A model generated the notes under the pieces. It searched no databases and was not told the origin of the DNA. It was given only the letters and a program-made list of their open reading frames with translations. Position numbers and translations under genes: made by a program. This document shows, piece after piece, positions 53,768 to 64,000 of a stretch of DNA of 64,000 bases. The stretch's first letter is position 1. Every line of letters begins with the position of its first letter. Source of the DNA: Lama guanicoe (lineage: Eukaryota); contig MU053561.1 of NCBI GenBank assembly GCA_013239625.1, forward strand, positions 5,506,439-5,570,438, written 5' to 3'.

Positions 53768-54022
53768 AGCAGTGGAGGATATGGCTTACGAGCACAGAAT
53801 CTGCAGTCATGCTGCCCGGATTCAGGGTTCAGCTCTGTACGTTCCTAACTGTGCAACCCTGGGCTTACCGTGTGTGTTGGCTTTTCTGTGCCTTGATTTT
53901 CTCATCTGCAGAAACAAGACAATACTACTTCATAGGGTCACTGTGAGACTAAATATGGAGAACACTTAAGAGCAATAGCTGGCACATAAGAGGAGCTAGT
54001 TAAGTCTTTGCTACCATTATTA
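53768..54022 (+). mobile_element. MIR SINE
   Basis: GGATTCAGGGTTCAGCTCTG...CTGTGCCTTGATTTTCTCATCTGCAGAAAC...CTTCATAGGGTCACTGTGAGACTAAAT. Confidence 0.75.
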
Positions 54023-54811
54023 TTACAGCACTAGCTTATATTTTCTTATTATCTATCTTCCAACGGGAATGTTTAACTGCGTAAGAGATCTCGTTTGCCT
54101 TGTTTATTAAGTCCCCAATGCCTAGAACACTATCAAGCACTTAGCTGATACTCAATAAATACCTGCTGAATAAAAAAACTATTATATTGTTACATTTGAT
54201 TGTGGTGCTATTTCATCTGCCCTCAGTAAACATTTACTTACAATGTAGTTTTTTTTCCCTTTTGCATAAGTTCCAGAAATTATTTGGAAGAAAGAAAGCC
54301 AAAAGGCAATATAAACACAGCATATTAAATATTCCATTAACTTCTAATTTGTGATTTAAAAATTCCTCTATCATTAAAAAAAAAAACCAAAACATAGTTT
54401 GAAAGAAAATAAGTCAGTCTCCTTTCCCTTCCCACCTTAGCTAAAGCACTGAGAAACAGGTTTAGCTCTCACCTGTTCATTTCATAATAAAAGTATAACA
54501 TCTACATATCACCTTTTTCAGAAAGTACACCTAAAGGCAAGTTAAAGTCAAGTGATGGTGTTGAGCAGCGTACATGAGCAGGGAAACTGCTTTAAGGAAG
54601 AGACTTACTGCCTCCTTCTTTATACTGGAGCCCTTAAGCCTTAGGGAACCTATACAGTAATAAGCTTTTGTTAACTATCACATTAATTGTTGAAAGAATA
54701 AAAAATGTTTGGCTACTCATAGCATATTAATCCACAATTTAATATGCTATAAAGATGATATTTTTAATGAACTGAGATGTTTCTTAAATAACAACATGGA
54801 TATATTCATCA

Positions 54812-55249
54812 TTATATATATATATATATATATATATGTTTCCTAGGGCAGCTGTAACAAAGTACCACAAACTAGGTGTCTTAAAACAACAGAAATTTTA
54901 TTCTCTCAAAGTTCTGAAGGCTAGAAGTCCAAAATCAAGGTATCAGCAGGGTCATGTTCTGAGACTGGGTAGGATCTTTCTTTGCCAGCTCCCGGGCTCT
55001 GGCAGTGGCCTTCAGTCCTTGACACTCCTTGATTTGCAGCTGTAGCACCTCAACCTGCCTCCATAGTCGCATGGTGTTCTCCCCTATGTACCTGTGTCTC
55101 CTCTGTCCTCAGGGCCCACCTACTCAGGAGGATTTCATCTTAATTAATTATGTCTGTAATGACCCTATTTCCAAACTGCAGTGCTGTTAGGAGGTTAGGA
55201 CTTCAACATATCTTGGTGGAGGGGAGGGAACACAACTCAACACATAACA
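54812..55249 (-). mobile_element. MLT1B/C-like LTR preceded by a (TA)n tract
   Basis: (TA)n then TTTCCTAGGGCAGCTGTAACAAAGTACCACAAACTAGGTG...GTTAGGACTTCAACATATC...CACAACTCAACACATAACA. Confidence 0.85.
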
Positions 55250-56189
55250 TATACCTAGGAATATATTGCATTATTATCTACAGTTACAAATTTCATCTTG
55301 TCAAGATACTATTTACCTTTAAGGCAGACACAAGTATATTTCTGAAGTTTGACACTTAATAAGGGCCCATTCTTTCTGGTCCCATTCTCCAGGATTGTTA
55401 TCTCTATGGGTGAATTAACAGCTTTATAATCATGAGAAATAGAATTAGGTCAGTGATTCCAAATCATAAATATTCTAAACCTGTTACAAACAAGTGTCAT
55501 GAATAAAACAAAAATAAACTCCCATTACAGTTCACTAAAAGTCTATTTAGATTTATTTGACCAAAAGATGGATTGGAGGTTATAATTTCTTCTCTGTCTT
55601 GTATTATGTCTATTAATATAATAAAGACAAGTAGTCCTAAACTGTGATATATAAAGTTACCTGTATCCTGTGTTTCTATTTAGTTACATTATTTAAAAAA
55701 ACAAATAAATAAACAAGAACAACAAACAAGTACTCCTGTTCTTCCTGATGAAAAGATTCCTACAACAATTTGATGTAAAAACTCTGGGCAAGAAAGGAAC
55801 AGAGCCAACTGGTATGCGTAGACTACACTCTAGCACAACTGCTCTTTCAGGAAACTTAGGAACATCTCGGTGAGGCTATATACCACTGCTTACAGAGAGG
55901 GGGCTCCACATAAGAACAAAGAAGAAATTCTGATCATGTCCCCTCATTTAGCCAGGCTCCCAAAGTTAGAAAATGACCACAGAATAGCTGAGAGCTTTCA
56001 ATGTAATTCATATAGATGCTTCTTCAATCACCACCAGTGACAGGGATGGAGAAAAGTAGTATCTTGGGAGGTGAAAAGTTTGCAAACTACAGGTCATAAG
56101 AAAAATTTTCGTATTTTTTGTAATGATAAAATATTCCTACATTATTTACTTATAATAAGAGGTTCCTTACTACATTAAAAGTAGTGATG

Positions 56190-56277
56190 TATGTCCATGA
56201 ATGACTGAAAAATTGTGAACACTGGAATTTGACACAACACTGTAAAATGATTATGAATCAATAAAAAATGTAAAAAA
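56190..56277 (+). mobile_element. Very short (88 bp) young L1 3' end
   Basis: Perfect 13-bp TSD AAAAGTAGTGATG (56177-56189, 56278-56290) at a TT/AAAA site; near-identical to 50818-50908. Confidence 0.93.
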
Positions 56278-56639
56278 AAAAGTAGTGATGAAATTCTCAT
56301 CTGCATTACAACACTGACAGTGGACTAATATGCCACAATTGGACAATTTTTTTTATTCTTTCATTTAGTAAGAAATTATCCCAAGAGATTATCTATTGGC
56401 CTTTCAAAGATCCATCTCTAATCACTATTTTTAATGACTTTTAAGAAGACTTTTTACTAAAAGCAGTCCAGTTTGAATCTCTAAAACAAGGATATCAAAT
56501 GAACGGTAAAATATTATCTATTTAGAGATCTGGTTCCTGGAATATTTCCAAATGAAGAAATAGAAAAAATATATGCACTCATGCACTGGGGGTAAAGAGC
56601 AGCTTCTGAATATCTATGCACGGACAAACATAACCGAAG

Positions 56640-56790
56640 GCAGAAGAATACCACCCTCGGCGGACACCCGCCCGCCTGAGATTGGACAATTCCCCAGGGA
56701 GAAGTTTAGGAGCACTGCAATTGGCTGGCAGGATCTATATAAGGTCCGTTTTTTCTTTGGAAAGCAGAGAAGCGTGGGAGAAGCAATCAG
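56640..56790 (+). promoter_or_regulatory. Putative Pol II core promoter, possibly LTR-derived
   Basis: CCCGCCC 56667-56673, ATTGG 56681-56685 and 56720-56724, TATATAA 56736-56742, local CpG retention. Confidence 0.35.
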
Positions 56791-57676
56791 AGTAAAGAGA
56801 AAACAAAGCTGGAGAGATGCGCAGAGAGAGCAGCTGATCAAAGGCCACTGAGGAGGCTGAGGCTCTGAGCTACAGACACAGACAGCCCAGATCCAGAGTC
56901 AACACCTGAGCAGCTCCTGAACACACAGGCCAGAGCTACAAGAACGGAGGAAGGTATCAACTACGTCCCAGGATTCTGGCTTTGAGGCTTAAGGCATTTA
57001 TACAGTCACAAGCTGCTCTGTGAGTCTGGGCAACTGCAAGAGTCTCGGCACTCACTGTCTACACATGAAAAATACCAAAGAATATGTATGTTATATTTTA
57101 AATATACTTACATGGATATATATATATATTTATAATAGTCATCCCTTAATGGAGTTTTCACTCTTATTCTAATGTGAAATGTATTGGGGGGAGGGGTATA
57201 GACCAAAAACTACAAGTTACAAATCCCCACCCTCCAAGCCCAGAAATTCTCTCCCATCACACTTCTCTCTCCCTTCTTTACCTACATCTCTACCCCAGAA
57301 AACGTGAACCCCAATTTTTAACATGCTGTCTGCTCTTCATAAGAAAAAGGCATATAAACATAATAAAATGAAATCCCAGAGCCTTCTATGAAGGTTTGTA
57401 ACACACAGAAATTCACACAATTTCAAGAACAGGGAATAGTGCTGGGTCGAAGCCCTTGGAGACTGAAGCTGCACGATGATTCCAGAATGACCCGAACCCT
57501 GGGAAGAAGAGTCGGGGCCCTTTCCTCCCGTGCCCTGCTGTTAACACCACTCAGCCTTACATCACACTTAGATCAGTGTGTTCTGATTACTCATAGTTTC
57601 TTCTCCCATAATTTTAGTTTGTACACGGTTCAGCGTGGCCTTTCCAACCCTGACTCTCCAGCCCCAGCCCCACAAT

Positions 57677-58395
57677 CAGGGCTGTGCTTGGTAAATGCTA
57701 ACAACTCCCACCACGGCCGTGACAGGAGTGAAAACAGCTGGGAAGGTAAGTGCGGTGGCGAACCATTCTATAGTATTTCTGTCCTACAGACAGAATAGAT
57801 GTAAAGAAACTCAAGAGCACAGATGGCAGTCAAATATAGTGAAATAATTAGGAAATGACACAGAATCTAAAAAAAAAGTCGAACTCAAAGAAACAGTAGA
57901 ACGGTGGTTGCCAGGGCCTGGGGGGTGGGGGAAGTGGTAAGAGGCACAAATGGTCAGTCGTAAGATGAAAAAGGTCTGAGGATCCAAGGTACAACGTGGT
58001 GACTATAGCTGATTGTTTAATTTAAATTCACTAAAAGTAGAATTTCAGTGTTCTCACAAAAAGAAAGAGGAAAGGTAAATAGTGAGGTGATGGATGTGTT
58101 AACCCAGTTGCGGGAATCCTTTCACAATGCATACGCATACTGAATCATCACATTGTTCACCCTAAACATACTATAATTTTGTCAATTATATTGCACTAAA
58201 GCTGAAAAATCCTAAGAAAATGATTAATTCTGAACAGTAAAGTACCTTTGTTTTAAATATAATTTGGTTAATTGTAATTTTATACAACTTAATTTTTCTT
58301 TAAATGGCTGTGTTGAACAACTGACTCACAAAATTCCTGAAAATGTTAACAATCAATCTCCCGAAAGAGTACACATCAACTCCAGGGCAGCACTG
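57677..58395 (-). mobile_element. MER63-like hAT-Blackjack element interrupted by an L1
   Basis: CAGGGCTGTGCTTGGTAAATG...ACTCAAGAGCACAGAT...AAATAATTAGGAAATGA...AATGGCTGTGTTGAACAAC...AAATTCCTGAAAATGTTAACAATC...GCACTG. Confidence 0.75.
57860..58210 (+). mobile_element. L1MA-like 3' end
   Basis: GAATCTAAAAAA...GTAGAACGGTGGTTGCCAGGG...GTGAGGTGATGGATGTGTTAA...GTCAATTATA...AAAGCTGAAAAA. Confidence 0.85.
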
Positions 58396-58819
58396 CAAAA
58401 CCTCTCACTCAGCTGAAGCTCCAACCCCAATTGAAAATTCTTTCCTTTTTGTCTTAGTTCAAATCCCCAGGAAAGCTTCTTACTGGCCCCATTCATCTTT
58501 TTAAGCCACAGAAATCATACGTTGCTGACCAGTCTATGAACTGGTTGCTTCAGTGGAGGTGCCTTCCATGCCCTGGATGCCTGTGGCTTGCAGCGGAGGC
58601 TGAGATCAAGTAATATAAAACAGAGACGTCACAGCAGCAGAGACGGCAGGTCGGACAGACACAAGCTAACCTCACACAAAAGGCCACTGCAGATGTTAAA
58701 ACCCATCAGCCCTAGATCCTTCCAACTATTGGCCGTTTCAGAAAGAGAAGCTCACAGAAATGACAATTGAGTTTTCAAGAAAGGTCTATACTGCATGGAA
58801 AACACCGTATTTAATAAGA

Positions 58820-59473
58820 TGCACAGAGCATCCACCTCCTTACAGTATGCCTTCCTGAAATGCAGAGGCTGGGAAATTAAAAACTAAGTTTTCTAGACTC
58901 CTTTACAGGTAGTGCTCAGGATGCAAATCTGATTCAACCATTAAGATGCAGGACACAGAAAACAGAAGGCAGAAGTGAGGCTGAGCCCTGCCAGCCTAGC
59001 TACAGCTTTTAGCTGCTTTCAGCTAGCAAAGAAGGCCACACACATGTCAGTGTCTAGTCTCCAGTTTCGTGGGTGTTGAGGGACAGTGGCAGGAGCAGTA
59101 GTGCCAGACCAAGCATTCCAGCGTCTAGTCACGAGTTCACAGGCATCAAGGAGAAGCTGTCACAGCAGTGGCCAGACGCTAAATTTCAAACTTCAAGCAG
59201 TTATGATGGTAACAGCAGGGGCTGCTGTGATCCCCTTGATCACAGCCACAGCGGTATTTTCTTGCCGTGGTTTCAGTGGCAACCCCCTGATTGCCACTTT
59301 CCTGACTGTGGCAGAGGTGGCAGCTCCCACGGCGAGTCATTCCAAGGTATCCTGAAAGTCATTCTCAGGGGCCTGGCCTGCAGCCCAGCCCTCGAGCGCT
59401 TCCAAAGATTCCCCAAGCAACTCACTCCCTGTATCACATCCCTCCTGTTTCTACACCGAACCCTGACTGATAC
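58820..59473 (+). mobile_element. LTR33-like ERVL solo LTR
   Basis: GCAGAGGCTGGGAAATTAAAAACT...TTTCTAGACTCCTTTACAGGTAG...TTTCCTGACTGTGGCAGAGGTGGCAGCTCC...ACCCTGACTGATAC. Confidence 0.7.
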
Positions 59474-61264
59474 TGCAAAGGGCACATGGCAGATTCATAG
59501 TCTACAGGAAGAGTTTTTCATGTCTGCACTCAGTGCTGTTCTTTAACAGACGTACAAAGAGCCCAAGCAAGACATCACCATTCCCATCAGTCTCCCCAGA
59601 ACGGCCACGTCAAGCCCTTCCTTCAGTTTTGCCTCACAGAGGTGATAACCTTCTCCTCTGCTGTAGCCAGCTCCCTGTGTCCTGAGACAGCCACTTGTCC
59701 CATACCCACAGGAGCACGGTCCCTCCTCTCAGACACAGCAGTCATGTCAACAAACATTACAGCCAGACAAGCTCAGGGACCTTGAGCCAAAAGTGCCCCT
59801 GACAGTGCACCCACCACACCCCTGAGCAGTCCCGGGCCTTAAAACTCATCTTCCCCCACTGGATTCCCTGGTCAGTCAAGAGGGAAAAAAACCAAAGCAT
59901 AGCCGGATCTAAATTGCATGAATTCATCACGCCTCTGGAGCATGGCAGGCACAGGCATGGGACACCCATTCAGATGGACTCCCCTGAAAGCAGTGCGAAG
60001 AATCTTTCTGACAGGAAAAATAATTTTTCAAAGCTAAAACAACTAACAACAAAAGATACTTAAGTATTCAGCCGTTACACCAGCTAACAATTTTCTGACT
60101 ATTTAAGTCTTAACCATAAGCTACAGCACTATGGAAGGCTAAAAACGCCTTGACAACCTGTGGCAGATAGTGATTAAAATTCTTTCTTGTGCTCCCAATT
60201 TCTGGGTTACCAGTGCCTCTAGTGACACTCATACCATGCTGAGGGCCTGACAAACTGAGTCAGCCTGCTATACTTAATTCCAAAAGAATGCAGATTTCAT
60301 AAAGAGACAGAATATGGTCAGCAGGCTAATTCTTCTTTCATGAGTTTCTTACAGAAAGTGGTATACCAGAAACCAAAACAATAAAAGGAACCCGAGTTCC
60401 AGACCTTGCTCTGTCAGCTTCATGCTAGGACCCCCAAGTAGTTACCTACCATTGCCAAACCTCAACTTGTTTATCTCTAGACAAAGGGTACTGATTGGAT
60501 TGCTATGGCTCCTTGCAGTTGAGGGACTGACTTTCGGCCCAGACAGAAAATCTAACAGCATAAACACTTGAAGATTAACAAGAGGTGCCCACACTCCACA
60601 ATCTGCTTTAACTGCCTCTTCAAAAGAACCACCTTACTGTGTGGTATTTGAAGGCTGGAAAAAGAGAGACTGACTTGACTACAATGAGTTATTCTTTTAT
60701 CTAGCTAGGCTAAGTTTTATTTAAGCCAAGTCGACTCTGAACAGAGTCTGCATACTTATTAAAAATTTCTAATTCCAAAACATACTCTTCCATCCTTCAG
60801 AACATTTTCTAGGCTACCTGTCTAACAAACCCCTTCCCGGGGAGAAAACTTTAGAGCAAGTGGACAGGAAACACAAGAACAAGATATTCTTTCCAGTATC
60901 AAGTATATCATTTTTACACATATATTTATCCTAAAAGTATCTAGGCTTTTACATATAACTGCTGAAAATATTACTTATAAAGGTAAGAAGAATTAAGGCT
61001 AACTTTGATTAGTAATTCTTAGAAACAGCTGCTTTATCAGTAATTGAGCTGTACAGATCCGATGGCACTGTCACAACTTTGTTTAGAAACAGAACCAAGC
61101 AATGAAGCTTTTATTTTAAGTACTTGCCCAGTGTTTTACTGCATTGAACACCCACTCGAACAATTCAGAATTGTGGGGGTTTTCCTTTTAATAGACAAAA
61201 GGGAAGTGCGAGAGGTTTTTTCAGACATAATGAAATAATATTCTGTCTGGAATGTGAAGGGGAA

Positions 61265-61500
61265 GATTCAAAACTGTTTCAGTTCACAGTCGTCCCCATG
61301 AGTCTGTGTGACCTTGTGCATGTCCACCTTTCCAAGCCTCAGCTTTCTCATGTGTAAAAAGGGGATGATAATCCCTGACTCATGGAGAATATAAGAACTT
61401 CTTTATGGGAATACACGTATGCCAACACGTCCATCCTTATAAACCAAATGAGATGGGCGGATAACTCCTGACCTGTGGTTGTTACTCAGTAAATATCATT
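61265..61500 (+). mobile_element. MIR fragment
   Basis: TGTGTGACCTTGTGCATGTCCACCTTTCCAAGCCTCAGCTTTCTCATGTGTAAAAAGGGGATGATAAT. Confidence 0.7.
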
Positions 61501-61664
61501 ATCATGACAAGTCCCCAAGTCAGAATATTCCTATTAGACGTAAAGCAAGGTTGTCAACTGAGAGTTGCCACCAAAGGGAGGTCGATGTGTCATTCCACTC
61601 ATCAGCATTACAGTGTGAGATAGCTCTAGTTAGCAAATCTTCTATTCAAAGGGAACTGAATCCT

Positions 61665-61708
61665 TTATTTTTCTTAATTTTATTTTTTATTGAAGTGTAG
61701 TTGATTTT
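61665..61708 (-). mobile_element. Tiny L1 3' terminus
   Basis: TTTTATTGAAGTGTAGTTGATTT is the reverse complement of the L1 end at 9898-9920; TGAATC(C)TTT on both flanks. Confidence 0.7.
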
Positions 61709-63059
61709 TAATGAATCTTTCATTAGCATGTACATTCCAACTGAGATCAAACATGGAAATTCATGAGTAGTATCCTTAGCTAAAATTGCTAATACTTTGA
61801 CAAAGTGTTCAGGCAAAAGTTACAGAAGTGGGTTAAGATACAGCTCTGTGAGAAAGACTATATTATTTTAACAGATTTCATGACTTAATTCATCAATACG
61901 TGGAATTAATAGAGAACTCTAGTCCTAGCAGGCTTCTGCAGTAGAAGCAGTGATTTTCCAAATGTGGTCTAAAGATATCCAAAGAGAGACAATAAACTAA
62001 TCTAAAAATACAAAGCCCCTGCCATAATTCTTACTGACAAATTACACCCAATTCCATGGATGTTTTTATGCACGATAAGTGTATTTACCAAAAACCTTGG
62101 CAACATCTAACACTCACTAAAGGTCCAACCACCAGACAACACTTGGCAGACTGCAAACTCCTACTGTGCACATAATACATAAACTGACAGCTGATACCAA
62201 AATTATTGTTTTTATGGCAAAGTTGAAGGCATTAATACAGTAATTTGAATATAAAAAGTGTGAAAAGATATTCTGAGAACCTGCCCCTATCTTTCAACCC
62301 TCCACCTCTACCCCAAGTACCTCTGTTCCCCAAGTGGAGGTGGAAAAAACTTAACAAAGGTGGTCAGACTTTACAGTGATGCCAATAGCCTTTTTGATGA
62401 GTAAACAGATTCCTATTTCACTCTTAAGCAGTGTTTCAAAGTTCAGAGTCAGTGAAGTAGACCCTTTATGTATAACTTCTATACAATTATGGTTAAAAAG
62501 TTTTGTTAAGGAGCCCTTAGAAACAATACAATAAAAATTCAGTCTCAATTGATGTTTAAAAAGACCATTGTTTTAAAAGCGAAACACCTCAGAAAGCAAT
62601 TGGTTTAGAATTTCACTTCCAGTATTAAGTTTTAAAATTGCATTAATTAGACTAATAATCATGCCAAAGATAATTAAATGATCCTCCAAAGTATTCTATC
62701 TACCTAAGAACAAGCAGCAATGATTTAGACTCTCATTTGATACTTTAAAAAAAATTCAAAGGAAACTGAAGAAAAACTACAAGCAGCACTTTTAAATTGT
62801 GCACATTAAGGTATCAACATCTCAATTTTTCTAAGAAACAACATTTATATAAAACAGCATTTTAGATTAAAAAACATAAAAAATGAAAAAAACATAAAAA
62901 ATGATAACATTTAAGTAAAATATGTGAGTAAAATCAATGCCTCAGCTGTGGTCTACAGTCAATGTCTGGCCTTTAAAAATGATAGCTTTATGACAACCGT
63001 GTACTGCTGCTGGCTTCAAAGCAGGAGAGATTAAATGTTTTAAAGGAGGCCATTTCCTG

Positions 63060-63520
63060 CAGTGCTGCCTCCCATCATTCCATCCTTTGAGGAACTAACC
63101 CTCCCTTTTCTCTTGGGGTTCTGCTACAGTTACTAACCAGACTGTGCTTTCCACAGCCAGCTGCAAGAGTGGACATATCCCCAGGCCTGACCCATCACTG
63201 TACCCCACAGTCCTCTCTCCCCACAACTGATCTGTGAAGGCCAAAGTCCCTGCATGAGATCTGATGTGCTATTGGACTCCAGAAAAAATATGAGACGCTT
63301 TAAGGACTCTTCATGACTTGGGGGTTTGAGCTCTGTCTTTTCTGCTACACAAGGCTGAACTCAGAAAGAAGCCAACCTGGAGGACAAGAGAGTCAAGTAA
63401 CAATCCTTGGGAACCTAGTTTAGCTCGTACTTGTCCTGCGTCTGGGTTTTCACATATGGAAGCCAATCAGCTTCTTCGCCTCAATTAATCTCAGAGTTTC
63501 TGTCAGGATTCTCAGTACAG
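63060..63520 (+). mobile_element. Degenerate ERVL (LTR16-like) LTR
   Basis: GAGTGGACATATCCCCAGGCCTGACCCATCA...CATATGGAAGCCAATCAG...GAGTTTCTGTCA resembles LTR16-type motifs. Confidence 0.4.
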
Positions 63521-64000
63521 AATCCTTACAAACGTAGAAACTGATGTGAATTAGGAACTTCCTCCCCTTCCTACTGAAATCTAAGCTACATATCACAAGA
63601 TACCTGCTGCAAACAGGATAACCACATCCAAAGAGTAGTAACTACTCCAGTAAAGTGGATTTTTTTGCAAGTTATTTTACTAGAAGGAACTCAAAGCCAG
63701 TTTAACATAATTCTATTTGATTAAATTCAGAGATAAAGCATTTATTAATAAATACTTATTTTTCCTCCCTTTTGAAGTATTTTCATTTTATAAAACCACT
63801 TCTGTTCAATGTCATCATGTATAGTAAAATCCGATTTTTCACAGTCACATGTAATTCCCAATCAGAACAACAATGAGATACAGGGTAGCCTCTCATAAAC
63901 TTCCCTGAAGCAAGAAAAATAGTTATGTGTTTAAAATTCTCTGCAAAAAAATACAGCAAAAGGCCTAAGATGCCAGAAAATTTTAATTAAGTAGATCGGT

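Larger units (their letters stand above)
52690..54172 (+). mobile_element. L2 3' region interrupted by a SINE and a MIR
   Basis: GGAATGGTACCACCACTCACCCAGTTGCTCAAAGC...AAGCCATCATTATCTCTCACCTG...GCCTTCCCTGACC...CTCAATAAATACCTGCTGAATAA. Confidence 0.8.

Noticed and set aside
57186..57202. GGGGGAGGGGTATAG resembling the start of the camelid SINE
   Set aside because: Similarity ends after about 15 nt, with no B box, tail or TSD
59073..59546. 157-aa ORF in GC-richer DNA
   Set aside because: Lies almost entirely within an LTR33-like element, has a non-ATG start and no recognisable domain
60638..60672. Strong minus-strand acceptor (CTCTCTTTTTCCAG) followed 17 nt later by GTAAGG
   Set aside because: Donor context is weak and the length is not frame-preserving; nothing else supports a microexon
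1..64000. CRISPR arrays, operons or prokaryotic defence-type systems
   Set aside because: Sequence is mammalian repeat-rich DNA; no regularly spaced repeat-spacer array or gene-dense region was seen

Overview
Mammalian genomic DNA, most likely a camelid (alpaca/llama/camel). The lineage call rests on tRNA-derived SINEs with the camelid-type head (GGGGAGGGTATAGCTCAGTGGTAGAG...AGCATGCAC.AGGTCCTGG.TTCAATCCCCAG) and cetartiodactyl-type L1 3' ends. The window is AT-rich and roughly half is recognisable interspersed repeat. It holds a ~6.1 kb near full-length but frameshifted L1 (3858-9934, with TSD), a heavily interrupted old L1 (35.1-41.4 kb), other L1 fragments, L2, MIR, CR1/L3, MaLR/ERVL LTRs and hAT/Tigger DNA transposon fossils. 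I could not identify any intact protein-coding gene or RNA gene. Nearly all L1s lie on + and the + strand looks A-rich, so the window is probably inside one long intron of a minus-strand gene (inference). The best observations are: a perfect U1-complementary minus-strand 5' splice site abutting a possible 3' splice site and covered by a hairpin (48.46-48.5 kb); a near-identical 345-bp tandem duplication over an L1 deletion junction; nested insertions with intact TSDs; a compact GC-box/CCAAT/TATA promoter-like element; and a CRE site next to a 174-aa orphan ORF. I see no convincing evidence of a novel multi-gene system. Repeat subfamily names and many boundaries are recognised by eye and are approximate.
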